A stretch of 64,000 bases of DNA from Eledone cirrhosa (GCA_964016885.1 OZ024742.1:363382001-363446000), one strand, 5' to 3'; numbered from the stretch's first letter, positions 26,639 to 40,683 are shown. Translations and numbers: made by a program. Notes: generated by a model from the sequence alone, not told the origin.

Positions 26639-29600
26639 ATTTTAAAGAGGACGTGGGTCCCCCCTGCGTCGGGCGCATTAACCGCGTCCTCCTAAAAAAC
26701 TACCCCTCCCCAAACACCCACACAACTCCAAACTCCCCAACCACACAACACACTGATGCCCCTACACTTCCACAAACCACCACCCCACCCAACAACCCAT
26801 CCCCCACCCTAATGGAAATTGTGCAGCCCGATACCCGGGACGCAGAGAGGTAAGTGCCTTTTCTCTTCACCACCAACATGGCTATGCTAAGAGTAGGCTG
26901 TTTGAATGCGCGTGGCCTGGGCTCAACTTGGAAGCAAGCAATGCTTCTAAATGACCTCAGGTCACAACGTATACATGTGATGGTTATTTGCGAGGCCCGG
27001 ATCAGCAACGTGCGACAGCTGGCCCCCACTTTTGATGACTTTGAGGTGCACGCATCTCTCTGTCAGCCTGGAGGTGGGGGTGGAGTTGTCGTTCTGCTGC
27101 AAAAACATCTGGGTCTCGCAACACAGATGGTACATTTGGACCCGGAGGGTCGACTAGTGGTTCTGGACCTTGGCAGTGGTAAAGGCGGAGCGTTTAGGTT
27201 GGTAGCCGCCTACGGCCCTTTCGGGTCAATGCGGCCTGACTTCTTCCATCGTCTGGAGACTTTTCTAGGGACGTCCCGCTCCTTGCTATTAGTGGGGGAC
27301 TGGAATGGTATCCTAGATGCACGCTGGGACTACGTAGGGGCCTGTCCCGATAGAGAGGGGTGTAATAGCCTCAAAGGGTTAATCGTTCGATTTGACTTGG
27401 CCGATAGATATCGACTAGATTTTCCGACTGCGCCAACCTGGACTTGGGCAAATCGTAGCGGATCATCTAGGTCGTACCTAGATAGGTTCTTAGTTAGAAT
27501 TAAGGATAAGGACTGTTTAAGTTGTCCAAAAATGCGCATGGTTGGCTATTCAGACCACAAATTAGTGACCTGCATGGTCAACCTTGACAGAACTCATAGA
27601 CAGGGACCCGGTTACTGGAAGCTCAACTTGTCCTTACCGGCAAGTAAGGCTTACAGGGACCGGATTAGCACTTTAGTTAAGGAGCGGTTGACGGGCGCCA
27701 TCGTCAACAGCAGGTGGTGGGGATCTCTCAAAAGAGAGATTAGAGTAGTCTCTATAGAATTTAGTAAGGAGTTAGCCTCCAATAGAAATAGGAAGGAAAG
27801 GGAGTTGGTAGATAGTGTAGAAGAGGCAATTAGAAGCGGCGACGTGGCCAGAGTGCTAGCGTCGAGAACGGCCCTGGGCCAGTTCTTCGACGCGAAACAC
27901 GAAGGCTGCATCGTCCGAAGCAAAATACGTGCTCTGGGAAACGAGGGGACCAAAGCTGTTAGCTGGGCCCGCGTGACAGAAGCCAAAAGAGGGAGCAGAT
28001 CCACTATCTGGTCTTTGCGAGATCAGGATGGACGGGTGATCCTTGAACCAAGGCAGATGTGCGAGGCTTTTCAAAAGCACTTTGCCGGATTGTTCGGAAG
28101 GGGCGGGGAGCCGGTTGGGGATGTGGACTTCGGTCCATACCTCGACGGCCTGTCGCGTCTCTCGGACAGGGAGGCGAAGTCCTGCGAGAGCCGATTTCAG
28201 CCGCTGAGATAGAGGACGTGCTGAGCCAATGCGGCAAACGCAAATCCCCGGGTCTCGATGGTCTTCCATACGAACTATATCTAGCTATGCCGGACTTGTT
28301 CCCCGATCTCCTCGAGGCGGTCTACTGCAACTGGCAACAGAACGGGAGAATTCCCTGTGCTGTAACCAAGGGCGTAGTCACGCTAGTGAGGAAGGACGAG
28401 AACAAGGGGGACGATATAAATAACTTCAGGCCCATAACTCTGCTAAACACAGAGTTACAGATTTTGGCCAAGGTGCTAGCAAAGAGGTTGGCGCTTGTCG
28501 TGGGCAACCTGGTGGGAGATGCGCAGACATGTGCTATCCCGTCCAGGTCCATCCACGACAACCTCCACCTCATGCGATACATCACAGAGAGGGTTGGGAA
28601 CGAACTCGGCTTTGGTGGGGCCCTGATCAACTTGGATCAATCTAAGGCATTCGGTAGGGTCGACCATGGTTACCTGGATGCGGTGCTAGCGGCGGCAGGC
28701 TTCGGACCCGTTTTCAGGGGCTGGATCAATGCCATGCACAGCAGCCGCATCTGCTCTAGGGTCAAGGTGAACGGCTACCTCCCGGAGCCGTTCGAAATCG
28801 CGCGGTCCATCCGACAGGGGTGCCCTCTCTCCTCCCTTCTGTATGTAATGACTCTAGAGCCACTGCTGCGGAAGTTGTAGTTGTTGCAGGGCATCCCGTT
28901 GGAACCGGGATTGCGGAAAGCGGTGTCAGTCTACGCCGATGACGTAACAGTAATGGTGTCAACGGCCTCGGAAATCGGGGCGATCGGCACCTTACTGGAG
29001 GAGTACGAAAGGTTTACAGGGGCTAAGCTGAACCGGGACAAGTCGATCGGTTTGCAACTCGGCACGTGGAGGGGCAGATCGATGCCCTCCGATGGCGTTG
29101 TCGGGCGCTGGACGGAGGGCCCGGTGAAGTTGCTCGGGGTCTTGTTCGGACCAGACCTCCAGGTGGAGAAGAACTGGGGTGAGGTAACGAACAGGGTGTT
29201 TGCACTGACCCAGAAGTGGGCCGAGTGCAAACTGTCCCTGAAAGGTCGGGCGGAGGTGGCGAACACTTATATAGCGTCCGTCATCTACTACCGCCTGACC
29301 GTTGTGCCTTGCCCAAGGGAAACGCTCGCCAAAATGGAGCGCGCACTCTTCCAATTCCTTTGGAAGAAGCGGGCTCCTATGGTGAGGAGATCCAGCTGCT
29401 GTCAACACCCTTCGAAAGGAGGGCTGGGGATGCCGTGGCTAATGATACGTAAACACGCATTAAGGCTACGGCACCTTCAGGTATTCCTCTCCGGTCAACC
29501 GGTGTGGGCCCTGTTTGTGAGACGAGCCTTTCCCAGACTCGTCTCACTCACCGAGCTGCAATCCTGGGTCAAGCAAAGACCGAGAAAACTGGGCGCCTGG

Positions 29601-30577
29601 CACACCGAGTGTGCCCAGGCGCTCACGGCTCTCTGGCTGGCGGATCCGGCTGTCAGTGGAGAATCCACCTTGTAATTCTATAGAGGGCTGGTGGTTAGCA
29701 GGTGCGACGACGCTCTCGGAGAAGCCCTAGGCATGGAGGAAGACGAACTGGCTAACCTGTTCGGTAGGACATTCAGCCCGGGACCCATGGATAACTTCCA
29801 GAGGTCCCTGGCCTGGCAATGCTACAGAAGGGCTCTGCCCGTTCGAGAAAGGCTCTACAGACACGGGCGCCCGGGTAGGGACCCCTCGAAAAAGATCTGT
29901 CCCAGATGCGTGTGCGACGAGGAAACCGTTGCACACGCATTGGTACACTGCTCGGGCATTGCCGATCTGTGGGGCTATGTCGAACAACTGCTGTCAAGGA
30001 TGGGACCGATCTGGTTGACCACCGAGTCTATTGTAACGATCAAGCCGCCTCCCCACTTCAAAAACGAAGAAGAGGCGGTGTTTCTGTGCGTAATAGCCAT
30101 GGCGAAAGAGGTTGTATGGTGGACGCGTCTGAAAGGACTGAGGTCACACACCTTTCTCTCTGGCCAACAACTGGTCCGTTCTTCTGATATCATTTCGGAA
30201 GAAGGATCAGGATGGAGAGAGAGGTGCTGCACCCCAGCCGTTTTTATGAAAGATGGGTGAAAGTGGCGAGAATGGCCCGTGTGAATGGGCCTTCACTCTA
30301 CATCAGACTATAGGTGAGGAAGATGAAAGACCAAGGGAGCACCCCTTCTCTGTGCTCCTGAGGAGAAGGGTTGCACACTTTTTTCGGGAGTGTGTGCGAC
30401 CCCCCAAGGCGCCTCCTCTCTATTGAGGATTTTGTTATAAATTTTATTTTTTGTTATATCTTATTTTATTTTTATATTTTGTTATTGCCTCCTCCTTATT
30501 GAGGACGCCTTTTTGTGTAAACTCCCCCCTTTGTACTTGTCCCACTTTTGATGCCCTAGTGGCAAATAAAAGAAACA
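26639..30577 (+). mobile_element. L1/Tx1-group retrotransposon copy 4 (end of ORF1 plus full ORF2), close relative of copy 2
   Basis: ORF1 tail 26653-26853; ORF2 ATG 26878 (CLNARGL, ICEAR, GDWN, SDH, YADD, CCHC); frameshift ~28187, stops 28878 and 29673; (TATC)n on both sides. Confidence 0.97.
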
Positions 30578-30614
<37 letters not shown>

Positions 30615-30878
30615 CTCTATCAGACGTGTGTAACTTCGCGGAGAAGTTTCCGTTTATTTATGTAAGAAAAAAACGTGATTTTTTAGTTAAATTTTATATT
30701 ATTGTGTAACTTGACCCCCCGTCTAGATCTTCAGGTGGTGGATCAACTCATTTTCGCCCCTACAGGGGCGAAATATCCATTTGTAAAAAAGATTTTCTCC
30801 AACGATAATGGTGGTCGAAAGGCGGTAAGACTACAAAGCTCGCACTCAACAACGTCTTCTTCACTAGATACTATAGAG

Positions 30879-32697
30879 ATGGAAAGACGAAATGAAAATG
30901 TAAAAACGAATTCATATCCAAACAACACAAATGACACCAAACAGTTCAATGACAACAAAAATAACAGCAACACCAATAATGATGATAAAAGCAACAATGA
31001 TAACAACAACAAAGAAAAAAATAAAGACAACACCAATAACACCAGCACCAAAGACAACAACAACACCAAGGAAAATACGAATAATATCAACATCGGTGAC
31101 AACAAGAATAACAACAACTATAACAACAATGATGACAACACCACCAACACAGATTCCACAAAGAAACCAAAATCTCCTTTGCAGAGAAAGTTCAAAAAAA
31201 TGAGGAACTGATATATCTCGACATAACAAATGCTGAACAACTTTTAAAGGACGCTAGGAGATATGTCACTTTCGAAAAAAATGGTGCTTTCAGCATCAAT
31301 TCTCCGGTAGAAATTCGCAAAGAAACTGCTCTGAAAACGATAGTTTTTAGGACAGTTTCCAATTCTACCTGAAAACCAGTCCAATTGTCACAGAAAGAAA
31401 TTGAATGGTATTCAAAAATTCAATGAATGATATTGCATTCATTCAAAGAAGGAAACTTTTTGGGAGTATTTCGGTACTCATGAAGGATCAATTGGCGGCC
31501 CAAAATTACTCTCTGTCGCCAATTGTATCCAACCTGTACACCTTTTTCCCTACATACATGGAAAAAAAGGACACAAAAGATCAAAATCACGAGTGTCACA
31601 CCAAAGGTGAACATATGGTGGATACTGTGCGGCTTCATCAATTTTGATGAAGACAGAATACTGTCAGTAGGAAAGTCCCCCAGAGATGTATTAAATGGGT
31701 CTAGCATTGAGGTTCTGGTGCAAATGAGCCCAGAGCGAATAACTATGATCCCACAACGTGTACTCCTGGACGGACTCACCTACATAAACTTTTCGGTTGA
31801 GGGTAGGCGGCCTTCATGTTACCATTGCTTTAGCAGGGGTCACCTGAGGGCTTCCTGTCCTAAATTAATGAATAAAAAAAAGGCTCTTCTGCCGACACCC
31901 ATCAAAACAACACAACCACCAACACCACCACCACAACAACACCAACACACAAAAATAACCACAACAAACACAGTCCCACCCAACCCCACTCCACCTAAAA
32001 CCACTGCAAAATCACATACAGACACAACAGCTCCCCAAGACATACCCCTCCCCAATCGCACAGACGATACAACAGATGAGGCTATCTCGCCATCACCCAG
32101 TGAAGACGAGGGAGAACCCCATCGCTCGAAAAGAAAGAAAAGACATCACAAAAGCAAAAAACCAGCAAACACTACCACAAACATACAACCACCAATACAA
32201 ACAACAAAAACATCACAAACAAAACCCTCACCTCCTGAAAACAAAATACCTACAACAAAACGAAAGCACACACAAGAACTACAGACAAAAACAAACACAA
32301 CACAAGAAAATTACACTTACACTTACATAAACACTGAAAACAAAACACTAATGGAGACCATCACGAACGACCCTTCGGTTTTCACCGAAGGGAAAACTTT
32401 CGCCCACTCTATTAAAAATAGCAAAAACTGAACCTAAAACTGATTAGGGTCCCTATACAAATGTATAGGTCCCTAAAAGAAACATTTGAGAAGGATGTGG
32501 GGAATTCCTGCGTGAAACCACTCAACCGCGCCCTTCTCAAATGTCTGCCCACCCCAGATATCCCCTTCCCACCAGACCCCACCCCACCAAACATCTCCGT
32601 CCCCACCCCGCCGGAAACCACCACCCATCCAGACAACCCCTCCAACACCAACATGGAAATCGTGCGGCCTGGTCCCCAGGAGACGAAGGGTAAGTGA
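30879..32697 (+). pseudogene. ORF1 (gag-like nucleic-acid-binding protein) with a CCHC zinc knuckle, frameshifted
   Basis: Asn-rich N-terminus, VEGRRPSCYHCFSRGHLRASCP (31817-31858), Pro/Thr-rich tail homologous to the copy 4 ORF1 end (MEIV.P); some breaks fall at A-runs. Confidence 0.8.
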
Positions 32698-32730
32698 TCT
32701 CTTTTCCTCTTTTAACTTTTCAGCACCAAC

Positions 32731-35276
32731 ATGGCCAATATAAGAGTTGGATGTGTGAACGTACGCGGCCTGGGCATGCCCTGGAAACAAGGCAAACTCT
32801 TAAACGACCTCAGGTCGCACAGTATGGATGTGGTAGCCATTTGCGAGTCCAGGATCCACAGCGAGCGACAGCTGGCCCCAATCTTCGATGAATGTGTGAT
32901 CTACGCATCTCTCTGTCAACCGGGGGGTGGGGGCGGAGTTGCCGTTTTGCTGCGGAAAAACCAGGGCCTCGTAACACAGACGATACATCTGGACCCGGAG
33001 GGTCGACTGGTGGTCCTAGACGTTGACGGTAGAGAAGGTGGAGCCTTCAGGCTGGTAGCCGCATATGCCCCATCCGGGACACCGCGGCCAGACTTCTTCA
33101 AACGTCTAGAGACTTTTCTGGGAACGTCCCGCTCCTTGCTTTTAGTGGGGGACTGGAATGGAATCCTAGATGCACGTTGGGACTATGTGGGAGCATGTCC
33201 CGATAAAGGGGGGGGAGGGGTGTAACAGCCTCAAACAGTTAATCGACCGATTTGACCTGGCCGATAGATATCGACTAGATTTTCCGACTGCGCCACTGTG
33301 GACGTGGAGTAATCGTAGCGGAACATCTAGATCGTACCTAGATAGGGTTCTAGTTAGAAATAAGGATAGGGACATGTTAAGCTGTCCACAAATGTTCATG
33401 GTTGCCTATTCAGATCACAAACTAGTGACCTGCATGGCCAACCTTGATAGAACCCATAGACAAGGACCCGGCTACTGGAAGCTGAACTTGTCGTTACCGA
33501 CAAGCAAAGCCTACAGTAGACGGATTAGCACTTTAGTTAAACAGCACTTGACAGGGGCCATTGTCAACAACAGATGGTGGTACTCTCTCAAGAGGGCAAT
33601 TAGATTAGACTCAATAGTTTTTAGTAAAGAATTAGCGTTAGATAGAAATAGAACCGAGAAGGAACTGGTAGATAAAGTAGAAGAGGCAATTAGAAGTGGC
33701 AACGTAGCCAGCGTGCTAGCAACGAGAACGGCCTTGGACCAGTTCTTCGACGCAAAGCACGAGGGCTGCGTTGTCAGAAGCAAAATACGTGCTCTGGGAA
33801 ACGAGGGAGCCAAAGCTGTTAGCTGGGCCCGAGTGACGGAGGCAAAAAGTGGCAACAAGTCCACGATTCGGTCTTTGAAGGACCAAAACGGACGCGTGAT
33901 ACGTGAGCCGAAGCAGATGTGTGCGGCTTTTCAGCGGCACTTTGCTCAACTGTTCGGGAGGGGCGGCGCGCCGGGAGAGGCTATGGATTTCGGTCCATAC
34001 CTCGACGGCCTACCGCGACTCTCGGACAGCGAGGCAAAGTTCTGCGAAAAGTCGATTTCAGCGGCTGAGACAGAGGACGCGCTGAGTCAATGCGGCAAAC
34101 GCAAATCTCCAGATCTCGACGGTCTACCCTACGAATTTTACGTAGCAATGCCGAACTTATTCTCCGGTCTCCTGGAAGCGGTCTACTGCAACTGGCAACA
34201 GAACGGGAGAATTCCCAGTTCTGTAACCGGGGGCGTGGTCACACTAATCAAGAAGGACGAGAATAAGGGGGATGACATAGGCAACTTCCGGCCCATAACT
34301 CTGCTAAACACAGAGTTACAGATTTTGGCCAAGGTGTTGGCAAAGAGGCTGGCGCTTGTCGTCGAGAACCTGGTGGGAGAAGCGCAGACATGCGCAATCC
34401 CGACCAGGTCTATACACGACAACCTCCACCTCATGCGATACAACATAGAGAGGGTAGGGTGTAAAACCGCCTTCGGTGGGGCCCTGATCAACTTGGATCA
34501 GTCCAAGGCTTTCGATAGGGTTGACCATCGTTACCTGGATGCGGTGCTCGAGGCGGCAGGCTTCGGACCCGTGTTCAGGGGCTGGATTGCTGCAATGCAC
34601 AACAGCAACATCTGCTCAAGGGTCAAGGTGAACGGCTACCTCTCGGAGCCGTTCCATATTACGCGATCCATTCGACAGGGATGCCCTCTCTCCTCCCTTC
34701 TGTACGTACTGACTCTCGAGCCACTATTGCGGAAGCTGGAGCTACTGCAGGGCATCCCTCTGGAACAAGGACTGCGGAAAGCGACGTCGGCCTACGCCGA
34801 CGACGTGACAGTAATGGTGTCGAGCGCCTCGCAAATCGAGGAAGTCGGTACCTTACTGAAGGAATACGAAAATTTCACAGGAGCGAAGCTGAACCGGGAC
34901 AAGTCCATCGGTTTGCAACTCGGATCGTGGAGAGGAAAACCGATGCCTTCCGATGGCGTCGTCGGACGCTGAGCGGAAGGACTGGTAAAGCTGCTCGGGG
35001 TCTGGTTTGGTCCGGACCTGCAGGTGGAGAAGAACTGGAACGAAGTGACGGCCAAGGTGTTTGCACTCACCCAGAAGTGGGCCGAGTGCAAACTATACTT
35101 GAAAGGTCGAGCGGAGGTGGCGAACACTTTCATAGCGTCCGCCATCTACTACCGCTTGACCGTCGTGCCTTGTCCAGCCAAAACGCTCGCCAAAATGGAG
35201 CGCGCGCTCTTCCGATTCCTTTGGAAGAGGCGGGCTCCTTTGGTGAGAAGATCCATCTGCTGCCAACACTCTTCTA
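32731..35276 (+). pseudogene. ORF2 APE endonuclease plus reverse transcriptase of copy 5
   Basis: CVNVRGL, ICESR, AYAP, GDWN, SDH, YADD; frameshift in the G-run ~33210; TGA at 34970. Confidence 0.92.
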
Positions 35277-36477
35277 ACAGAAATAATCACACAAATGTCC
35301 ACTGAAAAATATGTTATGTCGTTACAATTTAGGTGGGTCATGCTACAAATTAAAACTTGGGGACTTGTCGAGTTTCACTTCAAAGTTTTTAATATTATTA
35401 TTATTATTATTAAACTTATTCCGCGTGGGAGCGCCTGGCTTAGTGGTAAGGGGGTTTGGACTTACGACCATAAAGTCGGAGGTTTGATTCCTGAACTGGG
35501 TGGTGTTTTGTAGTTTTGAACAACCCACTTCATTTCAGTTTGTTCCCATATACTCAGCTGAAAATGAGTATTACTTGCGATGGACTGGTGTCAGGTCCAG
35601 GGTGGAGTATTGTACTCTTAGACACTTTATGCCACTTAAACTGGGATAACCAGCGGCCTTCACGCTCGAGACAGGCGTTAGACTTATTCCAGTTATCAGA
35701 TGACTAACTAACCGGTTATATTTCTAATTGTCGAAGCTATTTCCTCAAAATAAAAGATCTTTGATACTCTAAATAATATTTTACACCGGCTTTTCTCGCC
35801 GCCATTTATTAGTTTCAACTCTTTTAATTAATTTAACATTATTATGGTTTTTAAATAAAAGTTAACATTTTGTTTTGGATTATTTGACTAACCTAAGTAA
35901 CGTTCTATGCAATATTGTCTTTTCTATGAGCGTCAGTATATTTGGTTATTGTGGATTCTTGTGCTGCTCCGATCATAAACTATATTTCAATTACTGAAAA
36001 GTTAAGTATTGGAATAAATATATGAAATATTTTGACATTGCTGTCTAGGCTAATATATAGATAAATATAGACAATGAATTGGGAGAGTTGTTAGAGTATC
36101 GGGCAACACGAACTGGTAGAAGACCAAGGGGTAGACTCCAAGCAAGATGGCTGTATAACATCCACCAGCTTGTCTGGTCTCACTTGGAGATCCAGCCAAA
36201 TAAGTTGCAGACAGTTGCTTCTGACAGGACCCACCCATTTGAAAGTGTGTTTGAGGACTCTGCCCCCACAACCCTCTCAGGATTAAGTGGGAAAACAATA
36301 AGAAGAGTAGAGAGTAGCTAGAGTATCTGATAAACTGTTGTAGTATTTGTTCTGGCTTACTAAACTCTCCGTTCAAATCAGACCGAGGTCAACTTTACTG
36401 TTCCTCCTTGAGAAGTCGATACATAGAACTCCAGTTTACTACTGAGGGTGATTCTTCGTTTCTCTGGAAGAATTTTG
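35277..36477 (+). repeat. 1.2-kb near-identical duplicate of 58113-59319
   Basis: Direct sequence match; both regions yield essentially the same spurious ORFs. Confidence 0.95.
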
Positions 36478-37420
36478 AGGTTCTTTAGTGTATATAAAAA
36501 AGATCTGTCCTAGGTGCGTGCGAGACAAAGAAACCGTCGCGCATGTATTCATACAGTGCCCGGGCGTCACTGACCTGTGGGGCTATGTAGAACGACTATT
36601 CTCGCGGGTGGGACCAATCCGGTTGACCACCGGGTCCATTGTCATGATCAAACCGCCACCCTCCTTCAAAAACGAAGGAGAGGCGGTTTTCCTTTGTGTG
36701 ATAGCTATGGCGAAAGAGGTTGTATGGTGGACAAGGTTGAAAGGGCTGAGGTCAGACACCTTTTTCTCCGGCCAACAACTGATTCTTTTTTTCAAATACC
36801 ACTTTGGAAGAAGAATCAGGATGGAGAGAGAGGTGTTGTACCCCAGCAAGTTTTATGAAAGGTGGGTGAAAGTGGCGAGAATGGCCCGAGTGAATGGGCC
36901 TTCTCTCTATATCAGCCTGTAGGTTGAGGAAAAGGAGGAGGAGAGGAAAGGAGTACAAACTCTTCGTACTCCTGGAGATGAGGGTTGCACATTTTTTCGG
37001 GGGTATGTGTTACCCATATAAACTGTCTCCCTCTATTGGGGAAAATCGACTAACTTTTTAAATTCCATTTGTGATAACATTTTACACGTTTTTATTGTAT
37101 GTAAACTTCCCCCTTTGTATTTGTCCCCTTCTTTTGTGCCCCTGTGGCTAATAAAGAAACATATCTATCTATCTATCTATCTATATATGAATACATATAT
37201 ATATGTGTGTGTGTGTGTCTGTGTTTGGTGTGTGTGCGTGTGTGTGTCTGTGTGTGTGTGTGTGTGGTGTGTATGTGTATATGTGTGTGTGTGAAATCCT
37301 TGGTACAGTTAGGTATATTTGAAAAAAGGAAAAGAATGACTTCACATTTAGTTCTAAACAATTTAATTTAATTTCATAATATTATGATTTGGTAGATCAT
37401 ATATATATATATATATATAT

Positions 37421-37714
37421 ATATCAGTAATATTAATAAATGGAAACTATCTTTATGAAACCATATTTATTTTATTATATATATTTCATGGGTACCAAAA
37501 GTTGTTTTACAGATAGTGACATATCTAAAAACAAGAACTTATCGTATTAAGTTCTGTTTGAACAGCGTTCTATTCAAACAGAACTTAAAACGATAAGTTC
37601 TTGTTTTGGGATATGTCACTATCTGTAAAACAACTTTTGGTACCCATGAAATATATATAATAAAATAAATATGGTTTCATAAAGATAGTTTCCATTTATT
37701 AATATTATTGATAT
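37421..37714. repeat. ~145-bp-arm near-perfect palindrome (fold-back element related to the 41.6-42.0 kb family)
   Basis: Arms reverse complementary around ~37567; shares the GGTACCC..GAAATATATATAATAAAATAAATATGG tail with 41844-41880. Confidence 0.9.
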
Positions 37715-38046
37715 TATACTCCAGAAAAACTGCAGAGTGCTTCTAATATGTTATAAATAATTTTGATGTATAACCAACAAATTAAATAACTCTTTGCTTA
37801 TATATATATATATAGTAATAATAATAATTATAATAATAGTAATAATAATAATAATGATAAAAACGACGATTTGTTATGTCTTCATGACCCTTCTTAAGTA
37901 GTGACGCGCATATCGCTATCGATCAGGTCAACGCTCGATCTGTATCGATCTAGCTCGACTTTGGGATCAAAAGTACTACAACTCTATGCTTACTGGAAAC
38001 TACGCATCGTGAATCTGCTGAATCTACAGTAAATGGACATTAAAAT

Positions 38047-38153
<107 letters not shown>

Positions 38154-38217
38154 TGTCCCAAGGCTCTGATACCATCAACAGTATAAACACAGAGCTGGCG
38201 TATCTAAGAACTGACTA

Positions 38218-38273
38218 ACTGCATGATGAGGTCATAGCCATTCAATGGCTATCATCGAAATATATATAGCAGT
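38218..38273 (+). ncRNA. Type I hammerhead with a C3-to-A change
   Basis: ACTGC ATGATGA GGTCATAGCCAT tca ATGGCTATCATC GAAA TATATA TA GCAGT. Confidence 0.65.
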
Positions 38274-38307
38274 AAATAAAGGATTATGAGTTCATGCCAT
38301 TGTTTCG

Positions 38308-38363
<56 letters not shown>

Positions 38364-38555
38364 TATATATATATGTAAATAAGTATACATATATATATAT
38401 GGAGGAAGTTATAGTTCACTTGAATCATTGTGTAATGAGGTATAAACGTTTGTATTTTTAAAGCCAAAACAATGCAGGTATGGACATAGAATATAAATGC
38501 AGATGCAAAAGATATTGTTGACAATTAGTCTTTTACCTTAAATTTATTTAAATGT

Positions 38556-38590
38556 CCTTAATTTTCGAGATAATATCTCTTCTTCGGAGG
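38556..38590 (-). ncRNA. Minimal hammerhead with a CCGAAGA core variant
   Basis: rc: CCT CCGAAGA A GAGAT att ATCTC GAAA AT TA AGG. Confidence 0.6.
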
Positions 38591-38785
38591 GAAGAAAAGC
38601 GGTTAAACCAGTGTTCTAAATAGCTTGCCAAGTTGGCAAGCTGTTTAGAACAGTATTTAGAACAAGCTCAGCCGTCGGGGTCCTACTTGTTCCTATTAGC
38701 CACTCTACTACCCTAAGTATTGAGTACTTTGGTGCGTTATGGTCCATCTGGTTTCTTACCACATTTCCTTCGTTATATATATATA

Positions 38786-38837
<52 letters not shown>

Positions 38838-38872
38838 CATGCATACATATATATATATATGCACATATACAC

Positions 38873-38936
<64 letters not shown>

Positions 38937-39306
38937 CATTATGTGTGACTATATTCACTGGAATAGTGTTCGTGTAATTTCACGACACGTCAGATATGAG
39001 ATCGATACACATGTGGGGATGTTATCAGTCATTAAATTCCTTCAAGCCGGTGACCCTATCAGAGACAAACGATAGAAACCAGTAAAAAGATATATATATA
39101 TATTATTTTGTTTGACCTGTTTAGCTTGATTTGTTTTTGGGGTTAGGTGGTTTTTGCCTTCTTAACCATCTTTTCAGTTTGTATGGCGTTATAACATATT
39201 GTTTAGCTCTAGTTTTCTTAACTATTGGAGCGCTTGCCACCATTTCTACGACTTCGCGTTTCGTTTCGCTTTTTCTACCAGCCGAAATACGATTCTCACT
39301 GAATTA

Positions 39307-39395
<89 letters not shown>

Positions 39396-40159
39396 ATGAG
39401 TGGATATATATTTCTATATATACATACACAGACATACATACGCCCACAGATATATGTATCTATCTATCTCTCTCTATATATATATATATGTGTGTGTGTG
39501 TGTTAATGTGTTTGTATGTGTATGTGTGTGTGTATGACAGTATACGACACGAACTGACATTGATGTTTCACTGGAAGATCTTATCAATAAATCTCCAGAC
39601 AGAACTGGACATCAAATGTCAGTAATGTCGCTGGAAGCTTCCAAATATCAACAAGTTTTATTTTATTTTTTTTATTGAGAAGGTTGGAATATTGGCAGAG
39701 TCGGTAGAGCATCGGACATGATTTGTATTACGGAGTTCTGTAAATCTACATTGTGATGCCACCGAGGTTAACTTGACCTTTCATCCTTAATGGGGCGATA
39801 AGATAATGTACCAGTAACAAATTGGGCTTAATGTTATCGACTCGCGGATCTTCCAAAATTATTCGCCTTCTGCCTACACCAGAAGCTATTATTGAGTAGG
39901 GTGGTGGATTGACGGAGTCTGTGGAGCGTCGGACACCAGGATTTTCAGCCTAGTGTTGCGTCCCTATATATTCTCAGTTCTAAACCAGCCGAGCTTATCT
40001 TTACCATTCAGCCTTACCAGTAACTGACTGTGGTCCATTTAACCGATTTTCCATTTCCCTTCCAGTTTTGGAGAGACATATTAAGATGTGGCAAGTGAGA
40101 GGCTGACAGACTCTATACCAATGATTGGGCTACGGCTAATAAGTATTTTTTCTGATATT

Positions 40160-40345
40160 GGATTGGCAGTATCGGGAGAGGGTCGGACGCCATGCTTTGA
40201 CGCATAGAGTTACGGCCCTTGCTATTCTGAGTTCAAATCCCGCCGAGGTTAACTTTGCTTTCATCCTTACGGGGTCGATAAAATAAAGTACCAGTAATGT
40301 ACTGGGCTATTGTTGGCCTTGTGCCAAAATTAGACACAATTATTA
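40160..40345 (+). mobile_element. tRNA-derived SINE (family B)
   Basis: A box TGGCAGTATCGG, B box GTTCAAATCC, conserved core ctttcatccttacggggtcgataaaataaagtaccag. Confidence 0.8.
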
Positions 40346-40621
40346 AATGAATGTTCAGCATATTATAGCAAATCACGTCCAACATTAAATGGATGTATAA
40401 CTTTGGATGATGTCGGGTTAGAGCAGATGCTTATGGGATTGGAAAGTTCTTATTTTAACATAACTGAGACAGGAAATACATTAGGTGTATATGTGTCTCT
40501 TTGTATATATTTGTATGTTTGAGTGTATATATTTTAAAGAGTTACATCCTCACTACTCACACACAAATAAATACATATTTATTTATACACACATATACAG
40601 ATATGTACATATATATATGTA

Positions 40622-40683
<62 letters not shown>

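Larger units (their letters stand above)
30622..37161 (+). mobile_element. L1/Tx1-group retrotransposon copy 5, apparently full length at the 5' end, interrupted by a 1.2-kb insertion
   Basis: 5' UTR, ORF1, ORF2 from 32731, break at ~35276, resumes ~36495 (KKICPRC), 3' end AATAAAGAAACA(TATC)n. Confidence 0.93.

Noticed and set aside
30743-31229. Leu/Val-rich membrane-like ORFs on the - strand
   Set aside because: Antisense shadow of the AAC-rich ORF1 N-terminus
34970-34972. In-frame TGA in RT as possible selenocysteine or recoding
   Set aside because: The other four copies have TGG (Trp) here, so it is a private nonsense mutation
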